Part shown: in pieces, positions 17,026 through 26,899 of the stretch
How positions within the stretch are numbered: position 1 is the first letter of the stretch
Layout: the number at the start of each line of letters is the position of its first letter
Assembly: GCA_947598485.1 (NCBI GenBank)
Contig: CANQFJ010000002.1
Coordinates: 12,065-76,064 of the forward strand
Reading direction: 5' to 3'
Length of the DNA stretch: 64,000 nt
From: an uncultured Bacilli bacterium
GTDB lineage: Bacteria > Bacillota_I > Bacilli_A > RF39 > UBA660
Notes under the pieces: model-generated
Told to the model about the DNA's origin: nothing
Seen by the model: only the letters and a program-made list of their open reading frames with translations
Database searches by the model: none
Translations under genes and position numbers: made by a program

Positions 17026-18093
17026 ATGCCTAAAACTATTAATAAAAATGGTGAATCGAATCAGTTAATTGATTTATTTAAGCTGTTTTTTGCAATCTGT
17101 GTTGTTGCAATTCATACTGGATTATTATGGAGCGTGAAATATGGATATATGTTAAAAACTAATATCTATAGATTAGCTGTTCCTTTTTTCTTTTTATGTT
17201 CGGGTTATTATTTAGAAGATAAAATTTTAAAATTCAAAAGTGATTTGCCAGAATATATAAAAAAGAATTTTCTAAAATATGTTTTTTGGTGTATAGCTTA
17301 TGCGATAATATATCAAATATTATTAGTAAGCCCTTTTGATTGGAATTTATTTTTAACAGATATTATGAATACATTTTATTTTACAACAACTACAGTGTTT
17401 TGGTTTTTAGGAGTATTGATAATCTTTGCAATAATTCTTCTCCATGTAAAGGATAGTAAAAAAATAAATATAATATTTTTATTAAGTACATTATTTTATT
17501 TAATTGGGCTTTCTTTTACAACTTATAAATATCTATTTGAAAATACTAGTTTTCAAGTTTTTACAAACTTTTTTATAAATAATTATCATCACAATAGATA
17601 TTTTTTGTTTACGCTAATTTTTCCTTTTTTAGGATATTATATTCGCAAACTTGAATTGCCTAAAAAAATGAAATTATGGCAAGTGGTATGCTTGTTATTT
17701 GTTAGTTATGGATTATTAATCTTGGAAACATACCTATATTATGATAAAACATTTACAAATAATGAGTATGACTATTTTTTGATGATGCCAGTTGTTATTT
17801 CCTTTCTGTTAATTTTATTAAATAAAATTAACATTAAAACGAATTTTAATACCAAAATTTTACGAAACTTGTCTATTTCAATTTATTTTTACCATTTTGC
17901 CATTATTTGGACATATTATCGATTTAAGGCTCAGTTTCCTAATTGTGTAATTGTTGATTTATGTAATAAGCATACATCAATTTATTTTTTGGTAATTTTG
18001 GCTGCAACTTTAATTTTCACTTTAATTGTTAATTTAATAAAAGTAATAATAAAAAAAATAAAAAAATCTTTAAACTTAAAATGTTTTAATTAG
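17026..18093 (+). CDS. Acyltransferase-3 family membrane O-acyltransferase (OatA/OafA-like)
   Basis: Ten predicted TM helices. The N-terminal motif ICVVAIHTG resembles the start of Acyltransferase_3 (PF01757) proteins. Confidence 0.6.
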   Translation: MPKTINKNGESNQLIDLFKLFFAICVVAIHTGLLWSVKYGYMLKTNIYRLAVPFFFLCSGYYLEDKILKFKSDLPEYIKKNFLKYVFWCIAYAIIYQILLVSPFDWNLFLTDIMNTFYFTTTTVFWFLGVLIIFAIILLHVKDSKKINIIFLLSTLFYLIGLSFTTYKYLFENTSFQVFTNFFINNYHHNRYFLFTLIFPFLGYYIRKLELPKKMKLWQVVCLLFVSYGLLILETYLYYDKTFTNNEYDYFLMMPVVISFLLILLNKINIKTNFNTKILRNLSISIYFYHFAIIWTYYRFKAQFPNCVIVDLCNKHTSIYFLVILAATLIFTLIVNLIKVIIKKIKKSLNLKCFN

Positions 18094-18106
18094 AAAGGAT
18101 GAAATT

Positions 18107-19708
18107 ATGAAAATAATACAATTTAATGATTTATTTAATAAGTTAGAAAAATGGTTTGACAAAGATAAAAGAAGACTAGCACTTTTTGTTATTATTTTTG
18201 GCTTTATGGTTAATATTTTGGTTATTACTGCCAATATTGTTTTTGCTGATTCCATAGTTTTTACAGATCACTATGTAGCTAACGTTTGGGATTTATCTCT
18301 AGGAAGATGGGCTCTTCATTATTTTGAGGGATTAAGATTTGGCTTATCTAGTTCTGTTGTTTCGACAATACTTTCACTTATATATCTATCTGTAATTATT
18401 GTAATGCTTATTGATTTATTTAAAGTTAAAAATAAATTTTTTCAATATTTATTTGCCTCTATTTCAGTGGTTGCTCCCTTTTTCTATGAAACTATGTTTT
18501 CCGTTTTTTGCTCCTCTGAATTTTTAATGGCTTGTTTACTAGCTACTACTTCAGTTTTTATTATATATAATTTTAAAGAAAAATTAATTAATGTTCTTCT
18601 TGCTTCTTTAGCTTTAGCAGTGTCTCTTGGATTATATCAAGCTCATATAGGAATTGCTACAACTTTAAGTATTCTATTGCCAATAGTATATTTATTAAAA
18701 AATGAAATGGATTTTAAAAATGTTATAAAAAAGTTTTTCTTATGTTTAGCTATGGGAATTTTAGGAGTAATTTTTTATGAAATTATATTAAATATTATTT
18801 TACATATATGGGGTGTTTCTTTAATATCTTATTCAGGAGCTAATGAAATTGGACTTAAAAATTTATTGATGTTGCCAACGTTAATAGTTAATTCTTATCA
18901 ATCATTTTATAATTATTTTTTTACTAACAATATTATTAATAATCTTATATATAATCGGCATATTATGCATCTAATTCTGTTTTTAGTACTAATAAGTGCT
19001 ATTGTCTTATTAATTTGGAAAAATAAAAAGTTAAATTTTAAATCAATAATTTTTATTATATTTTGCTTAATAGTATCACCAATTTGTTTTGGTATTGTAG
19101 AGCTAATTGCTCCTGAAAGAGATATTAATCAATTGATGTCTTCTTCATTTATTATCTTTTATTTATTTGTATTAACTTTAATCGATTTTAAAAAATTTGA
19201 TAATTTAAAAACAATTGTTAATTGGGTTGGAGTTATTACTTGTTGTGCTGTTTTTTTAACTTATTTTGTTATGAGCAATGCTAGCTTTATGGCAGTTAGA
19301 ATAACTAAAGAAAAAACTATTAATAATATTTCAAGAATTATGGATTTAATTCTAAGCAATGAAAATTATTCTATAGACATGCCGGTTATGTTTATTGGCA
19401 ATGGCTATAGTGATGTAGGATATTTTAAACAAAGTACAAATGCTGTATTTAATTATAGTTCTGGCCATACAGCTGAATCTCCATTAATTTGGGGTGGAAA
19501 TGTGGATAACTGTAATACTGGATGGCAAAAATTAATTAATTATTACTTAGGAACAAGAATTGAAGTTGTAGATTATGAAACGCACATGAAAATTTTAAAT
19601 ACTGATGAATACAAGGAGATGAACGTATATCCTAAGCAAAATTCTTTAAAAATTATTGATGGTGTAATGGTAGTAAAACTAGATGATCCGGCACCAACCC
19701 AACAATAG
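18107..19708 (+). CDS. Polytopic membrane protein, putatively a GT-C fold glycosyltransferase (GtrII/YfhO-like) that transfers sugar from a lipid carrier to a wall polymer
   Basis: At least ten TM helices followed by an extracytoplasmic C-terminal domain of about 140 aa. It sits immediately upstream of a GtrB/CsbB-like GT2 gene. Confidence 0.4.
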   Translation: MKIIQFNDLFNKLEKWFDKDKRRLALFVIIFGFMVNILVITANIVFADSIVFTDHYVANVWDLSLGRWALHYFEGLRFGLSSSVVSTILSLIYLSVIIVMLIDLFKVKNKFFQYLFASISVVAPFFYETMFSVFCSSEFLMACLLATTSVFIIYNFKEKLINVLLASLALAVSLGLYQAHIGIATTLSILLPIVYLLKNEMDFKNVIKKFFLCLAMGILGVIFYEIILNIILHIWGVSLISYSGANEIGLKNLLMLPTLIVNSYQSFYNYFFTNNIINNLIYNRHIMHLILFLVLISAIVLLIWKNKKLNFKSIIFIIFCLIVSPICFGIVELIAPERDINQLMSSSFIIFYLFVLTLIDFKKFDNLKTIVNWVGVITCCAVFLTYFVMSNASFMAVRITKEKTINNISRIMDLILSNENYSIDMPVMFIGNGYSDVGYFKQSTNAVFNYSSGHTAESPLIWGGNVDNCNTGWQKLINYYLGTRIEVVDYETHMKILNTDEYKEMNVYPKQNSLKIIDGVMVVKLDDPAPTQQ

Positions 19709-19762
19709 ATAGCTAAAAATATTTTAAATATTAGAAAGGTATATTGAAAAAAGTAGGTATGT

Positions 19763-20716
19763 ATGAAAAATAAAAAAGAAAAAATAACAATTATTGGTCA
19801 ATGCTATAATGAGGAAGAAATGATACCATTATATTATGAAGCTATGACTAATTTAATGAAAAAAATGAATTACGTTGATTTTGAAATTATTTTTATAGAT
19901 GACCATAGTCAGGATGAATCATTAAAAATAATTAAAGAGTTAGCTTCTAAGGATGAGCGCATAAAATGTATTTCCATGGCAAAAAATTTTGGAAGAGAAG
20001 CCTGTGCAATGGCTGGATTTAAATATGCAACTGGTGATTATATTACAACTATGGATTTAGACTTACAAGATCCTCCTGAGTTGTTAATTTCAATGTATGA
20101 TGCACTAAAAGATGGGAAATATGATATTGCAGCTGCCAAAGCTCTCACTAGAAAAGGCTATTCTTTTATTCATAAAATGTGTACGAAAATTTTTTTTGGA
20201 ATTATTAATAAAATATCTTCGGTTAAAATGGTTGATGGTCAAAGAGAATATCGACTAATGACAAGACAGGTTGTCCAAGCTATCTTAGAATATAAAGAAT
20301 ATAATTTATTTAACAAAGGACTATTAAATGATGTTGGATTTAATACTAAATGGATTGAATTCGAAAATATTGAAAGAGTTGCAGGAAATACTAAATTTCC
20401 CTATAAGAGAATGATTAAATACGCCATTACAGGCATAATAGACTACTCATTATTTCCTTTAATATTTGTATTGTTTTTAGGAATTGGCGCTTTAATTCTT
20501 GATTTAGTTTTATTGCTTTTGCTCATTATATTTGCTATAGCAAATATAAGTATAAACCTATCTTGCTTTATACTTATAATATTATCTTTATTTATGTTTG
20601 GAGTAATTTTGTGTTGTATGGGAATAACTAACCTTTATATTGCACAGATTCATTTAGAAGTAAAACATCGTCCTATTTATACAATTAAGACTTTAATAAA
20701 TATTGATAAAGAGTAA
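19763..20716 (+). CDS. GT2 polyprenyl-phosphate sugar synthase (GtrB/CsbB/ArnC-like)
   Basis: A GT2 catalytic domain (IIFIDDHSQDES...DLDLQDPPE) followed by two C-terminal TM helices, the typical GtrB topology. Confidence 0.75.
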   Translation: MKNKKEKITIIGQCYNEEEMIPLYYEAMTNLMKKMNYVDFEIIFIDDHSQDESLKIIKELASKDERIKCISMAKNFGREACAMAGFKYATGDYITTMDLDLQDPPELLISMYDALKDGKYDIAAAKALTRKGYSFIHKMCTKIFFGIINKISSVKMVDGQREYRLMTRQVVQAILEYKEYNLFNKGLLNDVGFNTKWIEFENIERVAGNTKFPYKRMIKYAITGIIDYSLFPLIFVLFLGIGALILDLVLLLLLIIFAIANISINLSCFILIILSLFMFGVILCCMGITNLYIAQIHLEVKHRPIYTIKTLINIDKE

Positions 20717-20776
20717 GCTATTAATTTCTTGATTATACTATGAAAATAGTAAACAATGGAATAGAGGATTATTTTC

Positions 20777-20805
20777 TTGAATTAATCATCTATTTTTTTT
20801 ATAAT
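20777..20805 (+). promoter_or_regulatory. Sigma-70 promoter (TTGAAT, 17 nt, TATAAT) upstream of the acylation module
   Basis: TTGAAT is at 20777-20782 and TATAAT at 20800-20805. The gene start (TTG, with RBS GAAGGTGA) is at 20825. Confidence 0.5.
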
Positions 20806-20824
20806 GTAAGTAGAAGGTGATAAT

Positions 20825-22600
20825 TTGAAGGAATTAAAGTATCCATTTGATGTTGAATATTTAATAAAAAATAAGAAAAAAATAAAAAGGGAATTACTTA
20901 ATAAAGAAGGTTTAATAGAGAAAAATATAGCTATTTTAGGTGGATCTACTACTAGTGAGATTAAGAATATGTTAGAAATATTTTTATTAAATTATGGCAT
21001 CAAGCCCACCTTTTATGAATCTGAATATAATAAATATTATGAAGATGCAGTTTTTGGCAATGAAGAGTTAGATAATTTTAAACCAGATATCATTTATATA
21101 CATACAACAAATAGAAACATAATGAATTATCCTACGATTGTAGATGATGAAGATACAATAAATCAAATGTTGGAAACTGAGTATAAAAAGCTAGAACAAA
21201 TCTGGGAAAAGTTGCAAGAAAAATTTGGAGCAGTCATTATTCAAAATAATTTTGAATATCCTTATTACCGCTTACTCGGCAATAAGGATGTTTCTGATAT
21301 GCATGGAAGAATTAATTTTATTAATAGATTGAATGATAAAATATATAGTTATATTAATAATCATAATAATATATTTATTAATGATATTAATTATTTGTCT
21401 AGCTGCTATGGATTAGATAAATGGGCTAATCAATTTTACTGGCATATGTACAAGTATGCATTAGAGGTGCCTGCAATCCCTTATTTAGCGTTCAATATTG
21501 CTAATATTATTAAATCTATTTATGGTAAAAATAAAAAAGCATTTGTTTTAGATTTAGATAATACACTATGGGGCGGAATAGTAGGCGATGATGGTGTTGA
21601 AAATCTTGCTATTGGACCTGAAGTTCCAAGTGGCCAAGTTTATGCTGAATTTCAAGAATATATAAAAGCTCATAAAAATTTAGGAATTATTTTAAATGTT
21701 AATTCTAAAAATGAGCATGAAAATGCTATTGCTGGATTAAATCATCCAGCAGGAATCTTAAAGCCAGATGATTTTATAATAATTAAAGCTAATTGGAATC
21801 CTAAACATATGAACATTAAGGATATTGCTGAAGAATTAAATCTAGGAGCCGATAGTTTTGTTTTTGTTGATGATAATCCGGCAGAAAGACACATAGTTGA
21901 AGAGACTTATGAAGGAATTGGAGTGCCTGAAATAGATGTTCCTGAAAATTATATAAGAATAATTGACCATAATGGTTATTTTGAAATGACTAATTTCTCT
22001 AAAGAAGATATAAAGAAAAATGAGCTATATAAGGATAATGCTAAAAGAAGTCAAATGATGGCAACATTTGAAAATTATGATGATTATTTAAAATCATTAA
22101 AAATGAAAGCTGAAATAAGTTCATTTAAGCCAATATATTTGGAACGTATAAGTCAATTATCAAATAAAAGTAATCAATTTAATTTGACTACTAAAAGATA
22201 TTCACTTGCTGATATTGAGCATGTAGCAAATAGTGAAAATTATATAAAAATTTATGGTAAATTAGAAGATATTTTTGGCGATAATGGTGTTATCTCTGTT
22301 GTCATAGGACATATTAAGGGTAAAGAGTTACACATTGATTTATGGATTATGAGCTGTAGAGTTTTAAAACGAAATATGGAATATGCCATGATGGATGAAT
22401 TAATGCGTCGAGCAAAAGAAGAAAATATTACTACTGTTTATGGATATTATTATCCAACCTTGAAGAATAAAATGGTTAAAAACTTTTACGAAGATCAAGG
22501 CTTTACTTTAATAAGTGAAGACGATAAAGGAAATAAATTCTATAAACAAGATGTAGAAAGTTATAAAAATAAAAATAATGTAATAGAGGTGGAAGAATAA
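20825..22600 (+). CDS. FkbH-like HAD-IIIC family protein (glyceryl-ACP loading-enzyme family) with a C-terminal GNAT-like domain
   Basis: The HAD motif I is VLDLDNTLWGG. The FkbH-like segment is NVNSKNEHENA...ADSFVFVDDNPAE. The C-terminus contains IMSCRVLKR with a conserved Cys. It starts at TTG. Confidence 0.7.
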   Translation: MKELKYPFDVEYLIKNKKKIKRELLNKEGLIEKNIAILGGSTTSEIKNMLEIFLLNYGIKPTFYESEYNKYYEDAVFGNEELDNFKPDIIYIHTTNRNIMNYPTIVDDEDTINQMLETEYKKLEQIWEKLQEKFGAVIIQNNFEYPYYRLLGNKDVSDMHGRINFINRLNDKIYSYINNHNNIFINDINYLSSCYGLDKWANQFYWHMYKYALEVPAIPYLAFNIANIIKSIYGKNKKAFVLDLDNTLWGGIVGDDGVENLAIGPEVPSGQVYAEFQEYIKAHKNLGIILNVNSKNEHENAIAGLNHPAGILKPDDFIIIKANWNPKHMNIKDIAEELNLGADSFVFVDDNPAERHIVEETYEGIGVPEIDVPENYIRIIDHNGYFEMTNFSKEDIKKNELYKDNAKRSQMMATFENYDDYLKSLKMKAEISSFKPIYLERISQLSNKSNQFNLTTKRYSLADIEHVANSENYIKIYGKLEDIFGDNGVISVVIGHIKGKELHIDLWIMSCRVLKRNMEYAMMDELMRRAKEENITTVYGYYYPTLKNKMVKNFYEDQGFTLISEDDKGNKFYKQDVESYKNKNNVIEVEE

Positions 22601-22842
22601 TGAAAAGAGAAGAAATTTTTGAAAGACTAAATAATGTATTTAGAGATGTATTTGATGATGAATCAATTACTGTTAGTGAAAAGACAACTTCAGCAGATAT
22701 AGAAGATTGGGATAGCCTAGAGCATATTAATTTAATTGTAGCTGTTGAGCAAGAATTTGGAATTAAGTTTAATATGGGCGAAGTAACAACTATGAAAAAC
22801 GTTGGAGAAATGGTTAATATTATTGAATCTAGAGTTAAATAA
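22600..22842 (+). CDS. Acyl/peptidyl carrier protein (ACP-like, 80 aa)
   Basis: The phosphopantetheine attachment motif DIEDWDSLEHINLIVAVE is present (serine in DSL). Its start overlaps the stop of the FkbH-like gene. Confidence 0.75.
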   Translation: MKREEIFERLNNVFRDVFDDESITVSEKTTSADIEDWDSLEHINLIVAVEQEFGIKFNMGEVTTMKNVGEMVNIIESRVK

Positions 22843-22890
22843 CTAGAAATAATTGCTTTTTCATGTTATCCTTTTAGTAAGAGGAAAAAT

Positions 22891-23907
22891 ATGAAAAAGC
22901 TGGCTAAAGTAATAATTTTTATATTAATTTTTGGATGCATATATAGCGTTGTATTTTCAAAATTACATATTGAAAGAAATACAATTAACTATTTTTATGA
23001 TGAACCTGCAGATAGTTTAGATATTATGTATCTTGGCTCTAGTAATGCCTATAACCATTTTAATGCGGTATTAGCCTTTCATGAATACGGGTTTACTACA
23101 GGCCTGTTATCGAGTGATAGTCAGCCATTTACCGCAATTAAATATTTATTAGAAGAAAGTAGAAAGGCACAAAATCCTAAGCTATATGTTATTGATATAT
23201 CTATAGCTAATAATATAAAATCTAATGAAGGCGGCATAAGAAAAGTAACTGATGAATTGAAACCTTCACTAAATAAAATTAAAGCTACTACTAACATTTT
23301 AAAATATAGTGATATACCAAAAGAAGATTATATAAACTATTATTTTACATTTATTTTATATCATGATTTATGGAAGCAATATAAGAAAGATTTGGGAGAA
23401 CTATCAATTTTATTTAAAGGGCATTTGTTAAGCAGTCAAACAGTAACTATAGAACCTCAAGAACAATTTGAGTGGAATGATGAAATAGGTGATTTAACCA
23501 AAGATCAAAAAGAAGTAATTTATGATTTGATAGAATATATTAAAAGCAATAAATTAAATGTATTGTTTGTAGTTTCTCCAAGAACATATTTTGAAGAAGA
23601 CCTAAAAGAATTAAATGCAATTATAAATATCATTGAAAAAGAAAAATTGAGTGTTTTGAATTTTAATAAATTAGAAGATTTAAATATTAATTATGAGACA
23701 GATTATTTTAATTATGCTCATTTAAACGCATATGGAGCTAAGAAATTTACCTTATACTTTTCTGATTGTTTAAAGAAAAATTTTGAATTACCAGACCATC
23801 GAAATGATGATAGGTATGCTTCATGGAATGAGACTTATGATAGATATCTTCAAGAATTTTATAATTATACAGGTAAAAATTATGAAACAATACTTGAACA
23901 GTCGTAG
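22891..23907 (+). CDS. DltD/AlgX-like extracytoplasmic O-acyltransferase partner protein (paralog 1 of 3), N-terminally membrane-anchored
   Basis: N-terminal TM anchor. The motifs LGSSNAYNHFNAVLAFHEYGFTTGLL and YAHLNAYGAKKF are shared with the genes at 25858 and 26900. Confidence 0.55.
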   Translation: MKKLAKVIIFILIFGCIYSVVFSKLHIERNTINYFYDEPADSLDIMYLGSSNAYNHFNAVLAFHEYGFTTGLLSSDSQPFTAIKYLLEESRKAQNPKLYVIDISIANNIKSNEGGIRKVTDELKPSLNKIKATTNILKYSDIPKEDYINYYFTFILYHDLWKQYKKDLGELSILFKGHLLSSQTVTIEPQEQFEWNDEIGDLTKDQKEVIYDLIEYIKSNKLNVLFVVSPRTYFEEDLKELNAIINIIEKEKLSVLNFNKLEDLNINYETDYFNYAHLNAYGAKKFTLYFSDCLKKNFELPDHRNDDRYASWNETYDRYLQEFYNYTGKNYETILEQS

Positions 23908-23942
23908 TATAAGAGTATTAAATATTATAGAAGGCGGTAAAA

Positions 23943-24329
23943 ATGAAATTTCATCATATAGGAATAGCGACAGATGATATTGAGTCGATGATAAAGAAAT
24001 GTCAGAAATTTTTGGAAGTAAAATCGGTTTCTGATATTGTTTATGACGATAATCAAAAAGCAAATTTATGTATGCTTGATATTAATGATGGTGTTAAGAT
24101 TGAATTAATTAGTGGAGAAGTAGTTCAAAACATTTTGCGTAAAAGACAATATTTATATCATACCTGTTATTCTGTTGAAAATATAGAACAAACAATTAAT
24201 GAATTAATCGAAGATGGGGCGTTGCTAGTAAGAGAAGCTAGGGAGGCAATTTTATTTAACAATCGCAAGGTGGCCTTTTTAATGTGGGATTTGGGCCTAA
24301 TTGAATTGGTTGAGGAGGAAAAACTATGA
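23943..24329 (+). CDS. VOC/glyoxalase-family protein resembling methylmalonyl-CoA epimerase
   Basis: It has the N-terminal FHHIGIATDD motif typical of methylmalonyl-CoA epimerases and the two-module VOC fold. It is 128 aa long. Confidence 0.55.
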   Translation: MKFHHIGIATDDIESMIKKCQKFLEVKSVSDIVYDDNQKANLCMLDINDGVKIELISGEVVQNILRKRQYLYHTCYSVENIEQTINELIEDGALLVREAREAILFNNRKVAFLMWDLGLIELVEEEKL

Positions 24330-25855
24330 TACTTACTACTTTTAACTTTTTATTTTTTGCTGTAATAACGATTTTAATATATTTTATTATTCCTAAAAAG
24401 CTACAATGGCTTTTTTTGCTAGTATCCAGCTTTTATTTTTTGTTTTATAAATCTTTTAGTATTTTAAATTTAATTTACGTAATGATTATTTTGATAACTT
24501 CATGGGGTGCAGGATTAATAATAGATAAATTTAAAAACAAAAAGATTGTTAAATATGTTTTGATAATTAGTGTTTTAATCATTTTAGGTGAATTAGTTTT
24601 CTTAAAAGATAGTAATTTATTCATAACTACTATTAATCATTTGTGTAATTTGATGGGAATAAATAAACAATTTGATTTAGTATACAGGAATGCTCCCATA
24701 GGGATATCTTATTATTCACTTATTATGATTGGTTATATTATTGACGTTTATCGTGGAGTATGCAAACCACAAAAAAATATTTTAAAATGTGCATTATTTA
24801 TGTCTTATTTTCCAATTCTAACTAGCGGTCCATTTATACGCTACAATGATATGGAAGACAAATTGTTTGGAAAACATAAATTTAATTATGATAATTTTTG
24901 CTATGGACTAACTAGAGTTTGTTGGGGGTTATTTAAAATATTAGTAATATCTCAAAGATTAGCAATATTTGTAAATACTGTTTATGCTGATTATTACACC
25001 TATAATGGATTTTATATTATTATTGCTGCAATGTTCTTTGTTTTACAATTATATACTAACTTTTCCGGCTCAATAGATGTAATTATGGGTGTATCAAAAA
25101 TTATGGGAATTGATTTGCCAGAAAACTTTACAAGTCCATTTTATTCTAGAACAATTACCGAGTTATGGAGAAATTGGCATATAACGTTAGGCGCTTGGCT
25201 TAAAGATTATATTTTTTATCCGTTAATGAAATCGGATTTTATACAAAATCTTGGCAAATTCTTTAAAAAGATATTTGGTAAAAAAGTGAGTAAAAAAATC
25301 ACATTATATTTACCAATGTTAATAATGTGGATTTTGATAGGAATTTGGCATGGTGGTGCCTATACTTTTATTATCTCATCTGGAATACTACAATTTATTT
25401 TTATTTTTCTAGAAGATACTTTGGCGCCTTTAGCTAAAAAGATTAATAAAAAATTGAATATTAATACTGAAACTTTTGGCTATAAATTCTATCAATGTGT
25501 AAGAACATATTTATTATTTTCATTTTCAATGATATTCTTTAGAGCCAATACTGTAGGCGAGGCTATTGGTATTATAAAAAATATGTTTGCATGGAATCCA
25601 TGGATTTTACTAGATCATACATCATTATATACACTTGGCTTAGATATGCTTGATTTTAAAGTACTTATGATTAGTTTAGTTGTATTATTTGTAGTTGGCA
25701 GAATGCAAATGAAATTTGATGTAATAAAAAAAGTATTTGAACAAAATATTGTATTTAGATGGATAGTATTATATTTATTAATATTTTCAATAATTATTTT
25801 TGGAATGTATGGTCCTGGTTATGATGCAGCAACATTTATATATAGACAATTTTAG
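24326..25855 (+). CDS. MBOAT-family membrane-bound O-acyltransferase (DltB/AlgI-like)
   Basis: Polytopic membrane protein. The MBOAT catalytic-His motif is RNWHITLGAWLKDYIFYPL, and a second His is at IGIWHGG. Confidence 0.8.
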   Translation: MILTTFNFLFFAVITILIYFIIPKKLQWLFLLVSSFYFLFYKSFSILNLIYVMIILITSWGAGLIIDKFKNKKIVKYVLIISVLIILGELVFLKDSNLFITTINHLCNLMGINKQFDLVYRNAPIGISYYSLIMIGYIIDVYRGVCKPQKNILKCALFMSYFPILTSGPFIRYNDMEDKLFGKHKFNYDNFCYGLTRVCWGLFKILVISQRLAIFVNTVYADYYTYNGFYIIIAAMFFVLQLYTNFSGSIDVIMGVSKIMGIDLPENFTSPFYSRTITELWRNWHITLGAWLKDYIFYPLMKSDFIQNLGKFFKKIFGKKVSKKITLYLPMLIMWILIGIWHGGAYTFIISSGILQFIFIFLEDTLAPLAKKINKKLNINTETFGYKFYQCVRTYLLFSFSMIFFRANTVGEAIGIIKNMFAWNPWILLDHTSLYTLGLDMLDFKVLMISLVVLFVVGRMQMKFDVIKKVFEQNIVFRWIVLYLLIFSIIIFGMYGPGYDAATFIYRQF

Positions 25856-25857
25856 CT

Positions 25858-26883
25858 ATGAAAAATTTTGTTAAATTTATTTTGTTTATACTATTGGGAA
25901 TATTTATATGGCACTGTGTATTTAAAGTATTATGGATTGAAGAAAATGGCATAAATAGTTTTTATGAAGATTCCGAAATTCCCATGGATGTCATTTTTCT
26001 CGGTGCAAGTAATGCCTTTTGGCAATTTAATACAGTGTTAGCTTTCCATGAGTATGGTTTTGCTACTGGCATGCTCGCTACTGGTGGACAAAGTTTCGTC
26101 GCTACAGAATTTTTATTGAAAGAAGCGCAAAAATATCAAAACCCAAATGTGTACGTTATAGATATAAATAATATTGCAGTTGGAATAGATTTCTTTGAAG
26201 AAGGAATAATTAGAAAAGTTACAGATAATATGAAATTTTCTAAAAACAAATTAGATACGATAGAAACTTTATTAAAATATACACCTTTAGAAAAAGATGA
26301 ATATATAAATTATTATTTAAGCTTCTTAACTTATCATAATTCGTGGAAGAGCGTTAATATTAATAATTTTAAAAATATGACTATGTTTAAGGGTTATTTT
26401 TTTGATAGTAGTATGATAGAAAATGAACCTTTTTCTAAAACTGTTTGGTGTGATAATGAAGAAAAAATTGATGATAATAACGAAGAAGTATTGCTTCACT
26501 TAATAGATTACATTAAAGAAAATAAATTAGAAGTATTATTTATTATACCACCAAGAACATTTGGCGATTCTCATTGCGCAAAGTTAAATTATGCTAAAAG
26601 AATTTTAGAAGAAAATGATTTTAAAGTTTTGAACTTTAGCGAAGGTAATGAAATGAATATTGACTTTCAACATGATTTAGTAAATGAAGCTCACTTAAAT
26701 GTTTATGGCGCTACTAAATACACAGTGTATTTAGGTAATTACCTGTCAGCTAATTACCATTTAAAAAAACATACAAATGATAATAAATATTTATCATGGC
26801 AAAATGAATATGAAAGATTTAAGGATACCTTTAAGGAAATATCTGGAACAGATTTTGAAAGTTTGGTTCAAGAAGCTTCTTAA
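25858..26883 (+). CDS. DltD/AlgX-like partner protein (paralog 2)
   Basis: Same architecture and motifs as 22891 (LGASNAFWQFNTVLAFHEYGFATGML, EAHLNVYGATKY). Confidence 0.55.
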   Translation: MKNFVKFILFILLGIFIWHCVFKVLWIEENGINSFYEDSEIPMDVIFLGASNAFWQFNTVLAFHEYGFATGMLATGGQSFVATEFLLKEAQKYQNPNVYVIDINNIAVGIDFFEEGIIRKVTDNMKFSKNKLDTIETLLKYTPLEKDEYINYYLSFLTYHNSWKSVNINNFKNMTMFKGYFFDSSMIENEPFSKTVWCDNEEKIDDNNEEVLLHLIDYIKENKLEVLFIIPPRTFGDSHCAKLNYAKRILEENDFKVLNFSEGNEMNIDFQHDLVNEAHLNVYGATKYTVYLGNYLSANYHLKKHTNDNKYLSWQNEYERFKDTFKEISGTDFESLVQEAS

Positions 26884-26899
26884 TTTGGAGGGTTAAGTA

